From Octopus vulgaris (taxonomy: Eukaryota): a DNA stretch of 64,000 nucleotides. Where the stretch lies: the NCBI GenBank assembly GCA_951406725.2, contig OX597828.1:35774001-35838000 (forward strand). Reading direction: 5' to 3'. The position numbers and the translations under genes were made by a program. The notes under the pieces are model-generated. The model made no database searches and was not told the origin of the DNA. It worked only from the letters and a program-made list of their open reading frames with translations. This document shows positions 25,474 to 38,518 of this stretch, in pieces. Numbering within the stretch: position 1 is the stretch's first letter; every line of letters starts with the position of its first letter.

Positions 25474-26105
25474 CATCATCATCATCATCATCATTTAACG
25501 TCCGTTTTCCATGCTGGCATGCGTTGGACGGTTCGACTAGGGTCTGATAAGCTAGGAGGCTGCACCAGGCCCCAATCTGATCTAGCAGTGTTTTTAAAGT
25601 CCTTCACTCATGCATCATATGTGTACTGTAGTTATTGCTTCATTTTGTTGGCCAAAAGTGATACTCTGAGGGTGTGTTTATTGAGTTGCTTTGAGAGGAG
25701 CATATGGTGTGAACCACCTGTCAACCAGTGAACTGGGTCACTAATATACATACATCTATTTATGTGTTTCTGTGTATACATATGGATATATATATACAAA
25801 TATATTTATATATGCATGTATATATATATATGTGTGTGCACACACACACACACACAAACTAACATGTATGCATGTATGTATGCCTGCATGCATGTATGTA
25901 TGAATGTATGTCTGTATGTATGTAGGTATATTTTCAATATGAAGCAAATAATTCAGGAGAAAATGTTTGTGAAGATATTATTGACTCCGTTATTATCTAG
26001 TGTAACAATTAAAAATGATAATAACAGAATCAATAATATAGGTGATTGCAGGCCCAAAAAGTTATTAAATACCTTTAATCAGCTATATATATGTGTGTGT
26101 GTGCG

Positions 26106-26141
<36 letters not shown>

Positions 26142-26418
26142 TATATAGATTGGCTATGAATGCAGGATAACAACAGTGTGTATGTAGGTTATATAAGTAT
26201 TGTACTGGTACAGGTTATATGTAGCTTAAGAGATCCAGTTTTCATTTTTTAAAAAAGTGTTACATAACACAGGGTGGAGGTAACAAGATGACAAAGTGAC
26301 ATGGTGACAGGATGACATGATGACAAGATATGATGAACCATTTCTGTTTTTACTAGTTGTCCACTAGCTTGTCAAATCAGCAAACTCTGTTTTCATAATT
26401 GTGTGTGTATGTGTGTAT

Positions 26419-26469
<51 letters not shown>

Positions 26470-26728
26470 TATATATACATATATTTACACACATAAACAT
26501 ACATATACATACATGCATATACATACATATACATATACATACATGCATATACATACATACACATGTGTGCATTGATGCATGTGTTCAATTTTTCACAACT
26601 GATCAATGGACTGATTGAGTAAACCAATCAATGAATAGACTTATCATGACTATTGCAAACAGCTGTAAGTCAAATTTACGACAATAAAGACCATTATTTA
26701 TACCTTTTCTGATATGTGTGTGTGTCTG

Positions 26729-27130
26729 TGCAGGAATGGCTGTGTGGTAAGTAGCTTGCTTACCAACCACATGGTTCCAGGTTCAGTCCCACTGCATGAC
26801 AACTTGGGCAAGTGTCTTCTACTATAGCCTCAGGCTAACCAAAGTTTTGTGAGTAGATTTGGTAGATGGAAACTGAAAGAAGCCTGTCATATATATGTAT
26901 ATATATACGTATGTATGTGTGTGTTTTGTCTATGTTTGTCCCTCCCCCCAACATCGCTTGACAACCGATGTTGGTGTGTTTACGTCCTCGTAACTTAGCG
27001 GTTCAGCAAAAGATACTGATAAAATAAGTACTAGACTTACAAGAAATAAGTCCTGGGGTCGATTTGCTCAACTAAAGGTGGTGCTCCAGCATGGCCACAG
27101 TCAAATGACTGAAACAAATAAAAGAATAAA

Positions 27131-27133
<3 letters not shown>
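26729..27133 (+). mobile_element. SINE family A, full length
   Basis: Family A consensus. Confidence 0.9.
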
Positions 27134-27161
<28 letters not shown>

Positions 27162-27499
27162 CGACTGGCTCCTGTGGCACGTAAAAGACACCATTCGAGT
27201 GTGGTCATTGCCAGTGCCATCAGACTGTAAAAAGCATCATTTGAGCATGGTTGATGCCAGTACCGCCTGACTGGCCCTCGTGCCAGTGGCATGTAAAAGC
27301 ACCCACTACACTCTCGGAGAGGTTGGCGTTAGGAACAGCACCCAGCTGTAGAAACTTTGCCAGATCAGATTGGAGCCTGGTGCAACCTTCTGGCTCTCCA
27401 GCCCTCAGTCAAACCATCCAACCATACCAGCAGGGAAAACGGACATTAAACAAAGACGATGATGATGATATATATATACACATGCACACACACACACAT

Positions 27500-28255
27500 A
27501 TTTATCATACAGTACAAATAGAATTTTGAAAATGCAATTGAAGTGCAAAGATAATTTAGGAGGGAGTTTCTAATAGGTCCATCTACAGGACTTACCATCA
27601 CTCATGTTAGAGATACCTTTGAAGCACATGAAACTATTCAATATGTTCACTAGAAATTTCCAGAATAATGCAGACGTCAATGAGCCCTACCAAGCAAGAG
27701 AGGGTATTAGAAATGTATTGCTTAAGGCGGCGAGCTGGCAGAAACATTAGTGCGCCGGGCAAAATGCTTAGCGGTATTTTGTCTGTCATTATGTTCTGAG
27801 TTCAAATTCCGCCGAGGTAGACTTTGCCTTTCATCCTTTCGGGGTCGATAAATTAAGTACAAGTTACACACTGGGGGCGATGTAATCGATTTAATCTCTT
27901 TGTCTGTCCTTGTTTGTCCCCTCTATGTTTAGCCCCTTGTGGGCAATAAAGAAATAAGAAATGTATTGCCAGGGTTGAAGAAAATCTGTGAGGCAAACAA
28001 GTCATGAGATAGGAATTTCAAAATCAATTGTTCATCACATATTGTAGCACCATGATTGGAAAAGTTGTATTCCAAGAATAGTCCAAGCTCTCATTGCAGA
28101 TGATCAACACTGAAGAATAAAATTTTGAAAGTGGTAAGATGTGTAGAAGATGCACACTGTCCAAGAAAGATTTGTTTGGAATGATAAAACTACATTAAAA
28201 TTAAATGGCTCAATTAACTGCCACCACTGCACCTAATGAGGGCCTGAGGACCTGC
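27500..28255 (+). mobile_element. Degenerate Tc1/mariner transposase (DUF4817/rosa-like) interrupted by a SINE
   Basis: Translated pieces ENAIEVQR.FRREF; TITHVRDTFEAHETI; KSVRQTSHEIGISKSIVHHIL; IPRIVQALIADD; KLNGSINCHHC; many stops. Confidence 0.6.
27722..27956 (+). mobile_element. SINE family C (tail 1), young copy with a 13-bp TSD
   Basis: TSD agaaatgtattgc at 27709-27721 and 27957-27969; CpGs retained. Confidence 0.92.
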
Positions 28256-28621
28256 ATTAAGATCTGAAATGTAGGATCTTTTCTGCCCTGATGATGGAGA
28301 CTCAATTTGTCCAATGTTTATTGCTTGCATTACTGGTTGCATATTTTGGTGAACTACATCTACCAACATGATAATGGATCTCCGAACCCCCCAGAAACAG
28401 CTGTTGGACTTATAACACCCTACTTCCTACCCTTTAATTTCCTCTGTCATTTGTACTCTGTATAAGTTAGATATATTAATACATAAATATTCATTGTATA
28501 AAAATATTCACTCCTTGCCTTCTCTTGTTTTGCATGTCTACATATATACATATTTTGTATTCTATACCCAAGCTGTTAATATTTAATATATTCAATTTGT
28601 TTATCTGCACAATTGCCTCCT

Positions 28622-28763
<142 letters not shown>

Positions 28764-30057
28764 TGACTTGTTTTTTCATATATATTTATATATATATATA
28801 TGTATGTATATATGTAGATATAGATATAGTAGGATGTTTGTATGTATGTATGTGTCATTGTGTCTATGTTTGTCCCTGCCACCAACATGTTGACTTCTTT
28901 ACATCCCTGTAACTTAGCAGTTCAGCAAAAGGGACTGATAAAATAAGTACCAGACTTTAGAAGATAAAAAAATTTTACTGAGGTCGATCTGTTTGATTAG
29001 ACCCATCAAGACAGTGTCCCAGCATGGCCACAGTCCAATGACTGAGACAAGTAAAAGATATAGGACAGACACAAACATGGTACTTGACAACCAGTGTTGG
29101 TTTGTTTACATCTCTGTCAAAATCATGGTCAATGCTGGTGTCACATAACTGGCACCTGTGCCAGTGGTACATAAAGAACACCTTTTGAGTGTTGGGCTTC
29201 ATGGAATCAAAGCGACTGAGTTCCTTTCAAGTGTTGGGCTTCATGGAAGAAATGACCGAGACCTTTGGCATTATGTCATGCTTGAGAAGAAGACCCAGGA
29301 AGCCGATCAAAATTGCAGTCATGGCAGATACTGGTGTCACGCAAATGGCACCTATGCCAGTGGCACATAAAAGTACCCATTATACTCTTGGAGTGGTCGG
29401 CATTGGGAAGGGCACCCAGCCATAGAAAACCATGGCAAATCAGACTGGAGTCTGGTGCAGCCTTCCAGCTTACCAGCTCTGGTTAGACCATCAACCCATG
29501 CCAACATGGACAACGGACATTCAAGCACTGATGATGATGATGATGATGACATAAATTAAAAGTTTGGTAAAAGATACTGATAGAATAACTATGAGGCTTA
29601 AAAAAAAACACATAGAAACTGTGGGGTCAATTTATTTCACTCCAGCATGGCCACAATCTACTGGCTGAAACACAAAGATAAGAAATTATAGAAAGTAAAA
29701 AAAGGTTTATCCAAGGTGTCTATTATACTAAAGACAATAGGGTGTAAATTGAAACTAATATCTGGTTGCTATTTTTAGCAGGTCAAGTAACATAGTGGCC
29801 GCCCTCACATGTATCTGGTTTCTGTATGTAGTTTGATATGGAAGATCCAATTGATTGTGGGTTTGCCTTTTAACTATTTAGTCAAAACAATCACAAACAT
29901 CTGAAACCTAATCTTGCATAAAGCAGTCGAGAAATAAGCTTGAAATGCCTGGAATTCTGGACAGGTTCATTGAATACAGTTTTAGTGTATAGTTACGTAC
30001 ACATACACACGCACAATCATCATCATCATTGTCATAATCAAAATCATATATATAAGG

Positions 30058-30422
30058 TGCAGGAGTGGCTGTGTGGTAAGTAGTTTGCTTACCAACCACA
30101 TGGTTCTGGGTTCAGTCCCACAGCATGGTATCTTGGGCAAGTGTCATCTACTACAGCCTTGGGCTGACCAAAGCCTTGTGAGTGGATTTGGTAGATGGAA
30201 ACTGAAAGAAGCCCGTCGTGTGTGTGTGTTGTGTTTGTGTTTGTCCCCCACCATCACTTAACAACCGATGTTGGTGTGTTTACATCCTCGTAACAGAGCA
30301 GTTTGGCAAAAGAGACCAATGGAATAAGTACTAGGCTTACAAAGAATAAATCCTGGGGTTGATTTGTTTGAGTAAAAGGTGGTGCTCCAGCATGGCCACA
30401 GTCAACTGACTGAAACAAGTAG
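30058..30422 (+). mobile_element. SINE family A
   Basis: Family A consensus. Confidence 0.9.
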
Positions 30423-30718
30423 AAGAATACACTCACACACATATACAAAAAAGCTCACCCAGAGCTTCCAAGTTCAATCCCCACTAAACACATTCACTGT
30501 TCATAGAGTTTAGGTTACTTTTTCTGAAGAGTTGTAACACAGCACCTGAGCACTGTAAACAATAAGTTTGTTATTATTTTAAATAGTAGGACAGCAAAAG
30601 ACCTGGCTCCCTTAGAAGTGTCAAGAATAAAAATGAGCTGAAATACTTATTTGAAAGGAATTCTTCTTGCTCTGAAGATTTCTCCTGCTGTTTACTCATC
30701 CTGTAGTAAGTTACCACT

Positions 30719-30754
<36 letters not shown>

Positions 30755-31050
30755 AGATAAATAAAAATATATGCATACATACAAACATATATGTACGTAC
30801 CTACATCTACATGTATATATACATGCATATATAAATAATTATACGGGAGTACAGGACATCACAATAAGACGTAGAAACGGAAAAAACCAAAAAACCAAAA
30901 AACAAGAAAACGGAAAACGAAAAACAAGAAAACGAAAAACAAATACAGGACGAGCTACACAAGGACAAAACCCCCGTCATCAGCTGTCGCTAGAGGAGTC
31001 AGGCATGTTTCGAAGGCATAACAGAACACTAATCCAATAGGCCTTCCTGC
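30755..31050 (-). mobile_element. Short (TA)n-flanked element, probably Penelope-like pLTR; relatives at 59440-59718 (-) and ~59960-60115 (+)
   Basis: Shared atatgtacgtacctacatctacatgtatata...gagtacaggaca...tacacaagga...tcatcagctgtc...gtttcgaagg. Confidence 0.55.
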
Positions 31051-31137
31051 GAGAGAATTAAAATAAAATTCCAAGCAGCGGGGCAAAATGAGTACGAACA
31101 CAAACAAGACGTAAAAATAAGACTGCAAAATTAAAAT

Positions 31138-31384
31138 ACATGTACAAAAACAAACACACACGAGGACGAACGAAAAAGCCTTTTTTCTGGCATAGACGAA
31201 CAATAAAACTGCAAAAATAAAAGTACATGTACAAAAAATACAATTAGTTACAAAACGAGATATATGTACAAAAACAAACACACAAGAGGACGAACGAAAA
31301 AGCCTTTTTTCTGGCATAGACAAACAATAAAACTGCAAAAATAAAAATACATGTACAAAAAGTACAATTAGTTACAAAACGAGA
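31138..31384. repeat. Tandem duplication, ~123-bp unit x2
   Basis: tacatgtacaaaaacaaacacac...gaggacgaacgaaaaagcc...ttagttacaaaacgaga occurs twice. Confidence 0.9.
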
Positions 31385-31429
31385 AAATAAAAAGAATACT
31401 ATACAGGAAATATATACACACACATACAT

Positions 31430-31476
<47 letters not shown>

Positions 31477-31543
31477 TATACATATATATATATACATACA
31501 TATATATATATATATATATACATATATATATAAATAAAATAAT

Positions 31544-31790
31544 AAATGCGCTCTTTTAAAGCCTAGCCAGACTCATGGGACTGGTTTCCCGGTTTCTATA
31601 GTATATGTGTTCCCCACCTGGATGGGACGCCAGTCCATCATAGCGTTACTCATTTTTGCCAGCTGAGTGGACTGGAACAATGTGAAATGAAGTGTTTTTC
31701 TCAAGAACACAACGCGTCACCCGATCCAGGAATCAAAACTACAATCTTACGATCATGGTGCTGACACCCTAACCACTAAGCCACGTGCCT
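31544..31790 (-). mobile_element. SINE family D (tRNA head plus CORE-like) with tail type 1
   Basis: Minus strand: aggcacgtggcttagtggttagggtgtcagc...ttgattcctgg, gttgtgttcttgagaaaaacacttcatttcac, tail gatggactggcgtcccatccaggtgggga. Confidence 0.85.
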
Positions 31791-31821
<31 letters not shown>

Positions 31822-31895
31822 ATTATATACATATATATATACATTTTTATATATATATTATATATATACATTTATATATATATATCTATATCTAC

Positions 31896-31930
<35 letters not shown>

Positions 31931-32341
31931 TATATTCATATCATCATCATCATCATCGTTTAACTTCTGCTTTCCATGCTAGCATGGGTTGGATGATTTG
32001 ACTGAGGACTGGCAAACCAGATGGCTGCACCAGGCAGCCATCTGGTTCACCAGTCCTCAGTATATACATATATATATATATGCATATATTTGTATATATA
32101 TATTTATACATACATACATATATATATTATATATATACACACACACAGTGACATACATATGTAAACAACCATGCATTTACACACACTTTTGGTTCTATCT
32201 ACTGCATGTGTGCATATATGTACGTATGTACATACGTATGTATGTACGTTTTTCTCTTTCTCTTTTTAATTTTAGAGTAAATTTTGACCAGCCACCTACG
32301 TGGTATCAAGGTTGTGAAAGAAAGCATCTTGTTTTAACTCT

Positions 32342-32760
32342 CATCCTTTAACCGTTAAGAAGGTCTCACAGATTTTTATAGTCCCAGATATCACGAACAT
32401 TTGTAGTATATAAATTAAGGATTCACATTCTCTCCCCAAGATCCCAAGTTCAGCCATACTTTGCTCCAGACTGGTCAGTATGAATCCTGTTACTCCAACA
32501 ATAATAAGTATGGAACTAAAACAATAGGTATGGTATCTTGGGTACTGGATTTGCAAACATCTTATCTATGGTCCATTGATATCAAATTCCTTTTGTACTT
32601 TCTTACCATATTGGTGTCCAGGGGGCAGATGATTTCCACAACAGAACATATCTTTTTTTTGTGGTTCCACACAATAATATCTGGCTAATTGTATTTTAAT
32701 TAAGTGGCTGTTTTAGCTTTAAGTTCCACCAAAATTCTGCTGACCCATCAGTCTCAACAC
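32342..32760 (-). mobile_element. Non-LTR retrotransposon restriction-like endonuclease (REL) C-terminus, R4/NeSL-type, degenerate
   Basis: Minus strand PDIIVWNHKKKICSVVEIICPLDTN (PD..E motif), then ILIIVGVTGFI...LQMFVISGTIKICETFL*. Confidence 0.7.
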
Positions 32761-34106
32761 AATCATCTTCATCTGTTGATGTTTTCTTTTTTTGTTATCA
32801 TGTTCTAGACCATTCTGGCCATTGCATCACATGGCTTGGACAGGATTGATGGATTGATAGATTGATTGATCATTGCAGCTTTGAATCAAGTTGAAAAGGT
32901 CCCCAAAATTAGAAGCTAGGTGAATGTTCCAAGTCACCATCACTGTGTCCCTAAACAATGCCTAAGTCTATGGGGCTACAAATATATGGACTGTAAGGTT
33001 GGGAATAAATAACTTATCACTTCAAGTAGGCGGAGCACTATAAAACTGTTGAGCGTTTCATTATCTGATAAGTAAGGTTAACTTTCACTATAACAAGAAT
33101 ATGTACAAATATGAAATTATGGTTGAGGTTTAACTCCAGATCAACCCTGAGAAGAACAATGATCCAAGGAGTTCCAGCCATGACCATCTCACCATTTTGT
33201 ACATCTAGGGCTAAACTATTACCTGTCTCTTTCTTTGTAGGATATGACTTGAGGGACAATTAGACGCTATGTCAAGAGATCATGTGACATGTGAAACATG
33301 CACACACACACACACACACACACACAAATGTATACCTACACACACTCACACACACATGTATAGTATTAGTGAAAAGAGAAAGAAAGTTGGCAATAATGAG
33401 TTACTTAACCATCATGACAATGGGATGGAGTTTGTGTAATGATTTCTATGGGAATTTGGGAAAGTCTTTTTCACATACATGCCCACACACGGAAACATAC
33501 ATAGCGACACGCCAGCATGGAAACAGGACATATGATGATGATGATGACGATGATGATGATGATGATGATGATAATGATGACGATGATGACGATGATGATG
33601 ATAATAATGATGATGATGATGGTGGTGGTGATGATGATTACACACATATATATATAGCAGAAGCTACAGAGTAACTCAAAGACCAAGAGTTTCATATGCT
33701 AGCACTTAAACTATATATTTATATGAATGTATATATATATATATATATGTGTGTGTGTGAGTGTGTATGTGTAGTTATATGCACATATATATATATTTAT
33801 ATAGATACATACATACATACATACATATATACATACACACACACACACACATACATGTATACAAAACAAAAATGAGCTCAGAGAAACAAGTCTGAGCACC
33901 CAGTGGCATGTGTTTGAATGAGAAAGACAACTGCAGGTATATCAAATACCATACAACATAAATTCTTGTTGGCAATTATAATACTTCATCTAGAGGCTAA
34001 AATAATTTTAATAAATCAAGAATTTGGAAAGTTACAAAGAAAGCAGTCACCAGCTGTAGGGCTGGTGATTAATTCCAGAATTAACCAAGCTTTTTTTTTC
34101 AGCCTG

Positions 34107-34287
34107 GCGCAGGTTGTGGATGTGTGATAAGATGCTTGCTTCCCAAGCACATGGTTCCGGGTTCAGTCCCACCTCATGGCTCCTTGGGCAGGTGTCTTCT
34201 ACTATGGGCTCAGGCTGACCAAAGCCTTGTGGGTAGATTTCATAGATGGAAACTGAAAGAAGCTTGTCATATATATATATGTATATA

Positions 34288-34322
<35 letters not shown>

Positions 34323-34530
34323 CTTTGTGTCTGTGTTTGTCTCTCCATCATTGCTTGACAACTGGTGTTGGTGTGTTTACATCCCCCTAACTTAGCAGTT
34401 CAACAAAGATAACGATAAAATAAGTATTAGGCTTAAGAAATAAGCCCTGGGGTTGATTTGTTCTACTAAAACCCTTCAAGGCAGTGCTCCAGCATGGCTG
34501 CAGTCAAATGACTGAAACTAATAAAAGAGT
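34107..34530 (+). mobile_element. SINE family A
   Basis: Family A consensus. Confidence 0.88.
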
Positions 34531-34629
34531 AACTGCTCTAGGTGAGAAGCCCTGGAAAGGGCTGCTCAATCACTCAAGGGGTTGCTGAGCCTTTCCATTA
34601 CCACAGTTTAGAAAACAAGCAACCAATAT

Positions 34630-35744
34630 ATAAGGTGCGGCAAAAGTAATGCCCTTTTATATTCTTTTCTACTCTAAGCACAAGAACCAAAATTTTGGGG
34701 GAGGGGGCCAATCGATTAGATCGACCCCAGTACACAACTGGTACTTGGTTTATCGACCCCAAAAAGGATGAAAGGCAAAGTTGACCTTGGCAGAATTTGA
34801 ACTCAGAACATAAAGACAGATGAAATACTGCTAAGCATTTCGCCCAGAGTGCTAACGTTTCTTATTTCTTTACTGCCCACAGGGGCTACACACAGAGGGG
34901 ACAAACAAGGACAGACAAACAGATTAAGTCTATTATATCGACCCCAATGTGTAACTGGTACTTATTTAATCGACCCTGAAAGGATGAAAGGCTAAGTCGA
35001 CCTCGGTAGAATTTGAACTCAGAATGTAACAGCAGACGAAATACCTATTTCTTTACTACCCACAAGGGGCTAAACATAGAGAGGACAAACAAGGACAGAC
35101 AAACGGATTAAGTCTATTATATTGACCCCAATGTGTAACTGGTACTTATTTAATCGTCCCCGAAAGGATGAAAGGCAAAGTCGACCTCGGCAGAATTTGA
35201 ACTCAGAACGTAGTGGCAGACGAAATACTGCTAAGTATTTCGCCCGGTGTGCTAACGTTTCTGCTAGCTCACCACCTTAATATTCTTTCCTACTCTAGGC
35301 ACAAGGCCCGAAATTTTTGGGGAAGGGGCCAGTCAGTTAGATCGACCCCAGTACACAACTGGTACTTAATTTATCAACCCTGAAAGGATGAAAGGTAAAG
35401 TCGACATCGGTAGAATTTGAACTCAGACAACGGGGGACAGATGAAATACCGCTAAGCATTTCACCTGGCATGCTAACGATTCTGCCAGCTCGCTACCGTA
35501 ACACCATTTTATATTGAATCATGTTGTTTTGATAAAAAGGCACCAAAAGGGAATGACTCTACCCAGACACAACAGAATACTTAATAAATTTCCTAAAATT
35601 TCTGCAATTTTTTTCATTAGTTGCTTAATAAAAAATTTATATACATTTATATATATACTATAAAAGTTATCAAATTATATACAGTTATATACTATAAAAG
35701 TTATTATTAAATGCACAAAGGGCATTATTTCTGACGAACCTGTA
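34630..35744. mobile_element. Tc1/mariner-like MITE containing a SINE array
   Basis: Imperfect TIRs taaggtgcggcaaaagtaatgcccttt / aaagggcattatttctgacgaacctgta with TA flanks. Confidence 0.6.
34660..35500 (-). mobile_element. Head-to-tail array of four family C SINEs
   Basis: Units at about 34660-34862, 34863-35045, 35046-35278 and 35279-35500, with tails 2, 1, 1, 2. Confidence 0.9.
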
Positions 35745-35878
35745 TTTCCCAAGTTGCTGACCTGCAGGTCTGCAATTAACTGTTTCCATCTGGTCAAGCC
35801 TGGATCTACTACTCCCCATTACTGTGAAAATTTTTAGCCATAGGGTTTATAGGTGCAGAAGTGGTGGTGGTGGTGGTG

Positions 35879-35917
<39 letters not shown>

Positions 35918-36652
35918 TTGACGACGACGATGACGATAATGATGATGATGATGATGATGATGATGACGATGACGATGATGATGATGATGATGATGATGAG
36001 TGAGTTTTATAAGTGGTTCCTGAGCTTCAAATTGATCATAATGAGTGAAACAAGCACAAAACTGCACTCACTTTACCGATAGAACATCTTTTCTCCAAGA
36101 GACTAGCATGAGCTGAATGACAAGAAACATCATTCTCATTCAACAACACAAACAACTTTGTGCTTCACCCATTTGCTTGACAGCTATTGACGGTTAGTCA
36201 TTGACACTACACTGGATTCCTCCATCATTTTCACAGAGACTGTATTTTCACTCACACAAGTTGACATACTGCACAGCATAAACATGTAGTGTAAGCATTC
36301 AAACATTATCACTTTCTTTTAAAATCTTGCTGCATTTCATGGAAGTTTTTGGTCCCTCCTGGCTGTCTTGGTCAACCTCTCATTTTGGGCTGTAAATTTA
36401 GATCTAAAAAATTCAATTTCTATACCAGATAACACAGTAATATATTTTTCAACAGCAGGCTGTCTCAACCCTCTTAACCATAAAAGCCTGGCACAGGAGC
36501 CAGTTTGTTCACCAACAACCTGACAATGCAGCAAGTTGTACTGGAGTAGATGTTACCTCATACATGACATGTACATACAGCTACATCTGAATACTACCAT
36601 ATATTTTGTAAAACACTAAAAACTCTGCAAATGCACCATGTTTGTATGTGAG

Positions 36653-36692
<40 letters not shown>

Positions 36693-36761
36693 GGAGTAAA
36701 CACATAAATGTGAAACAAGGTGGAAAAAAGAGTACTCAAATACCAGTGGTAGAGTAATATG

Positions 36762-36946
36762 CTTTATTTAAAGCAGCAGAAAATTCAACAAAACCTGTTA
36801 CTCTGAGTTTCACGTTGCCGTTCATCAGACAGTTTTTGCTAGAATAGAACCGATATCGGTTCTATTCTAGCAAAAACTGTCCGATGAACGGCAACGTGAA
36901 ACTCAGAGTAACAGGTTTTGTTGAATTTTCTGCTGCTTTAAATAAA

Positions 36947-36947
<1 letters not shown>
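36762..36947. repeat. Spacerless palindrome, 93-bp arms, one mismatch
   Basis: Centre gat|atc at 36854/36855; the only mismatch is 36827/36882. Confidence 0.97.
36791..36836 (-). ncRNA. Minimal type I hammerhead ribozyme, canonical core
   Basis: aaaactgt-CTGATGA-acg(gcaa)cgt-GAA-ACTC(A)GAGT-A-acaggtttt: stem I, stem II with GNRA loop, palindromic stem III, GUA cleavage triplet. Confidence 0.85.
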
Positions 36948-36992
<45 letters not shown>

Positions 36993-37414
36993 TCATCATC
37001 ATCATTATTGTTTAACATCCATTTTTCCATGCTGGCATGGGTTGGACGGTTCGACCGGGGTCTGGGACGCCAGGAGGCTGCACCAGGCTCCAGTCTTATC
37101 TGGCAGTGTTTCTACAGCTGGATGATCCTTCCTAATGCCAACCACTTTGTGAGTGTAGTGGGCGCTTCTTACGTGCCACTGGCACAGGGGCCAGAGGAGG
37201 CTGGCAACAACCACGATTGGTTGGTGCTTATTTACATGCCACCGGCACAGAAGCCAGTCAAATTGGTGCTGACATCGGTCACATTCGGATGGTGCTTTTT
37301 ACGTGCCACTGGCACGGGGATCACATCTACAATTTCCATTTAATTTTCATTTTGATGCTGATATATATACATATATATATACACATATATAGCTGTGTGT
37401 GTGTGTGTGTGTGA

Positions 37415-37503
37415 AATAAGATAAGAAAATAGAGAGATAATTAATAAATTATTAATAATTAAATAATAATTTACTAATTATCTCTGTATTTTCTTATCTT
37501 ATT
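37415..37503. repeat. AT-rich imperfect palindrome
   Basis: aataagataagaaaatagagagataattaataaattatt / aataatttactaattatctctgtattttcttatcttatt. Confidence 0.8.
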
Positions 37504-37935
37504 GTAATAAATAAACATATATTAACGACGGTTTATATAGTTACCTTGAAGTTGAATATTAACTGTAATGTTCAACATTCTTTGTATAGGTAACTAACCA
37601 GTATTTTCAAAGTATTTTGCTATCCCTGTATGAGATTTGTAACCTGTATTTCAAGGGGCCAGATTTGTCACACTCTGGGTCACACTGAATCTACCTGTGA
37701 AGTATGTGAAGGGGTACGCATGTCTGTGAAGTGCTCAGCTACTTGGATGTTAATCTCCTGAGCAAGCTGTTCCATTGATTAGATCAACTGGAACCCAGTT
37801 TATATATATACACACACATATATATATATATATATGTATATTTACATACATATATCTATATATATATATACATACATATATCTATATATATATATATATA
37901 ATTAATCAAAATAAAAACATGATGCCAAGGATTCA

Positions 37936-38013
37936 GCGGTACATATGTTTCGGGCCTTTATTAGACGGATTTATAACAATGCATAATGTGTGTCTATGGC
38001 CTTCTTCAGCCGC
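37936..38013 (-). ncRNA. Minimal type I hammerhead ribozyme with long stem II
   Basis: gcgg-CTGAAGA-aggccatagac...gtctaataaaggccc-GAA-ACATATGT-A-ccgc. Confidence 0.75.
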
Positions 38014-38518
38014 GCACAATTACTACCCCAAGAACATGTATTACATCAAAAATTCTACGTTGGGGATGCAAATCCTCTCATTCGCATACGACATAATGCG
38101 GCAGCAGCACAAAAATGAAGCGTCCATCTCGTCCTTCTCTCAATGTATATATATATATATAGTAAAGCATGGCAGTGCTACATAAAAGCAGCTGTGCGGC
38201 AACACATAAAAGTGCCTGTGCAGCGTCGCATAAAAGCATCCATGTGGTACCATGCAAAAGCACATGTGGTGCCATGTAAAAGCAGTCAGCACACTCTGTA
38301 AAATGGTTGGCATTAGAACTGGCATCCAGCCATAGAAACCATAGAAACAGCCATAGAAACTAGCCATAGAAACAGATGCTAAATGATGATGATGATGATA
38401 TATCTTTTATCATTTACTTGTTTCAGACTCTGGCCATGCTTGAGATGCCTGAAACCTTGAAAAAAAAAGTGGAAAGTAGGATGCTGGTAAAGAATGAAAT
38501 GCAAAGCATAAAAAATGC

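Noticed and set aside
36020-36560. Non-repetitive stretch that might be a transposase relic or exon
   Set aside because: It has multiple stops and no motif I could recognise.
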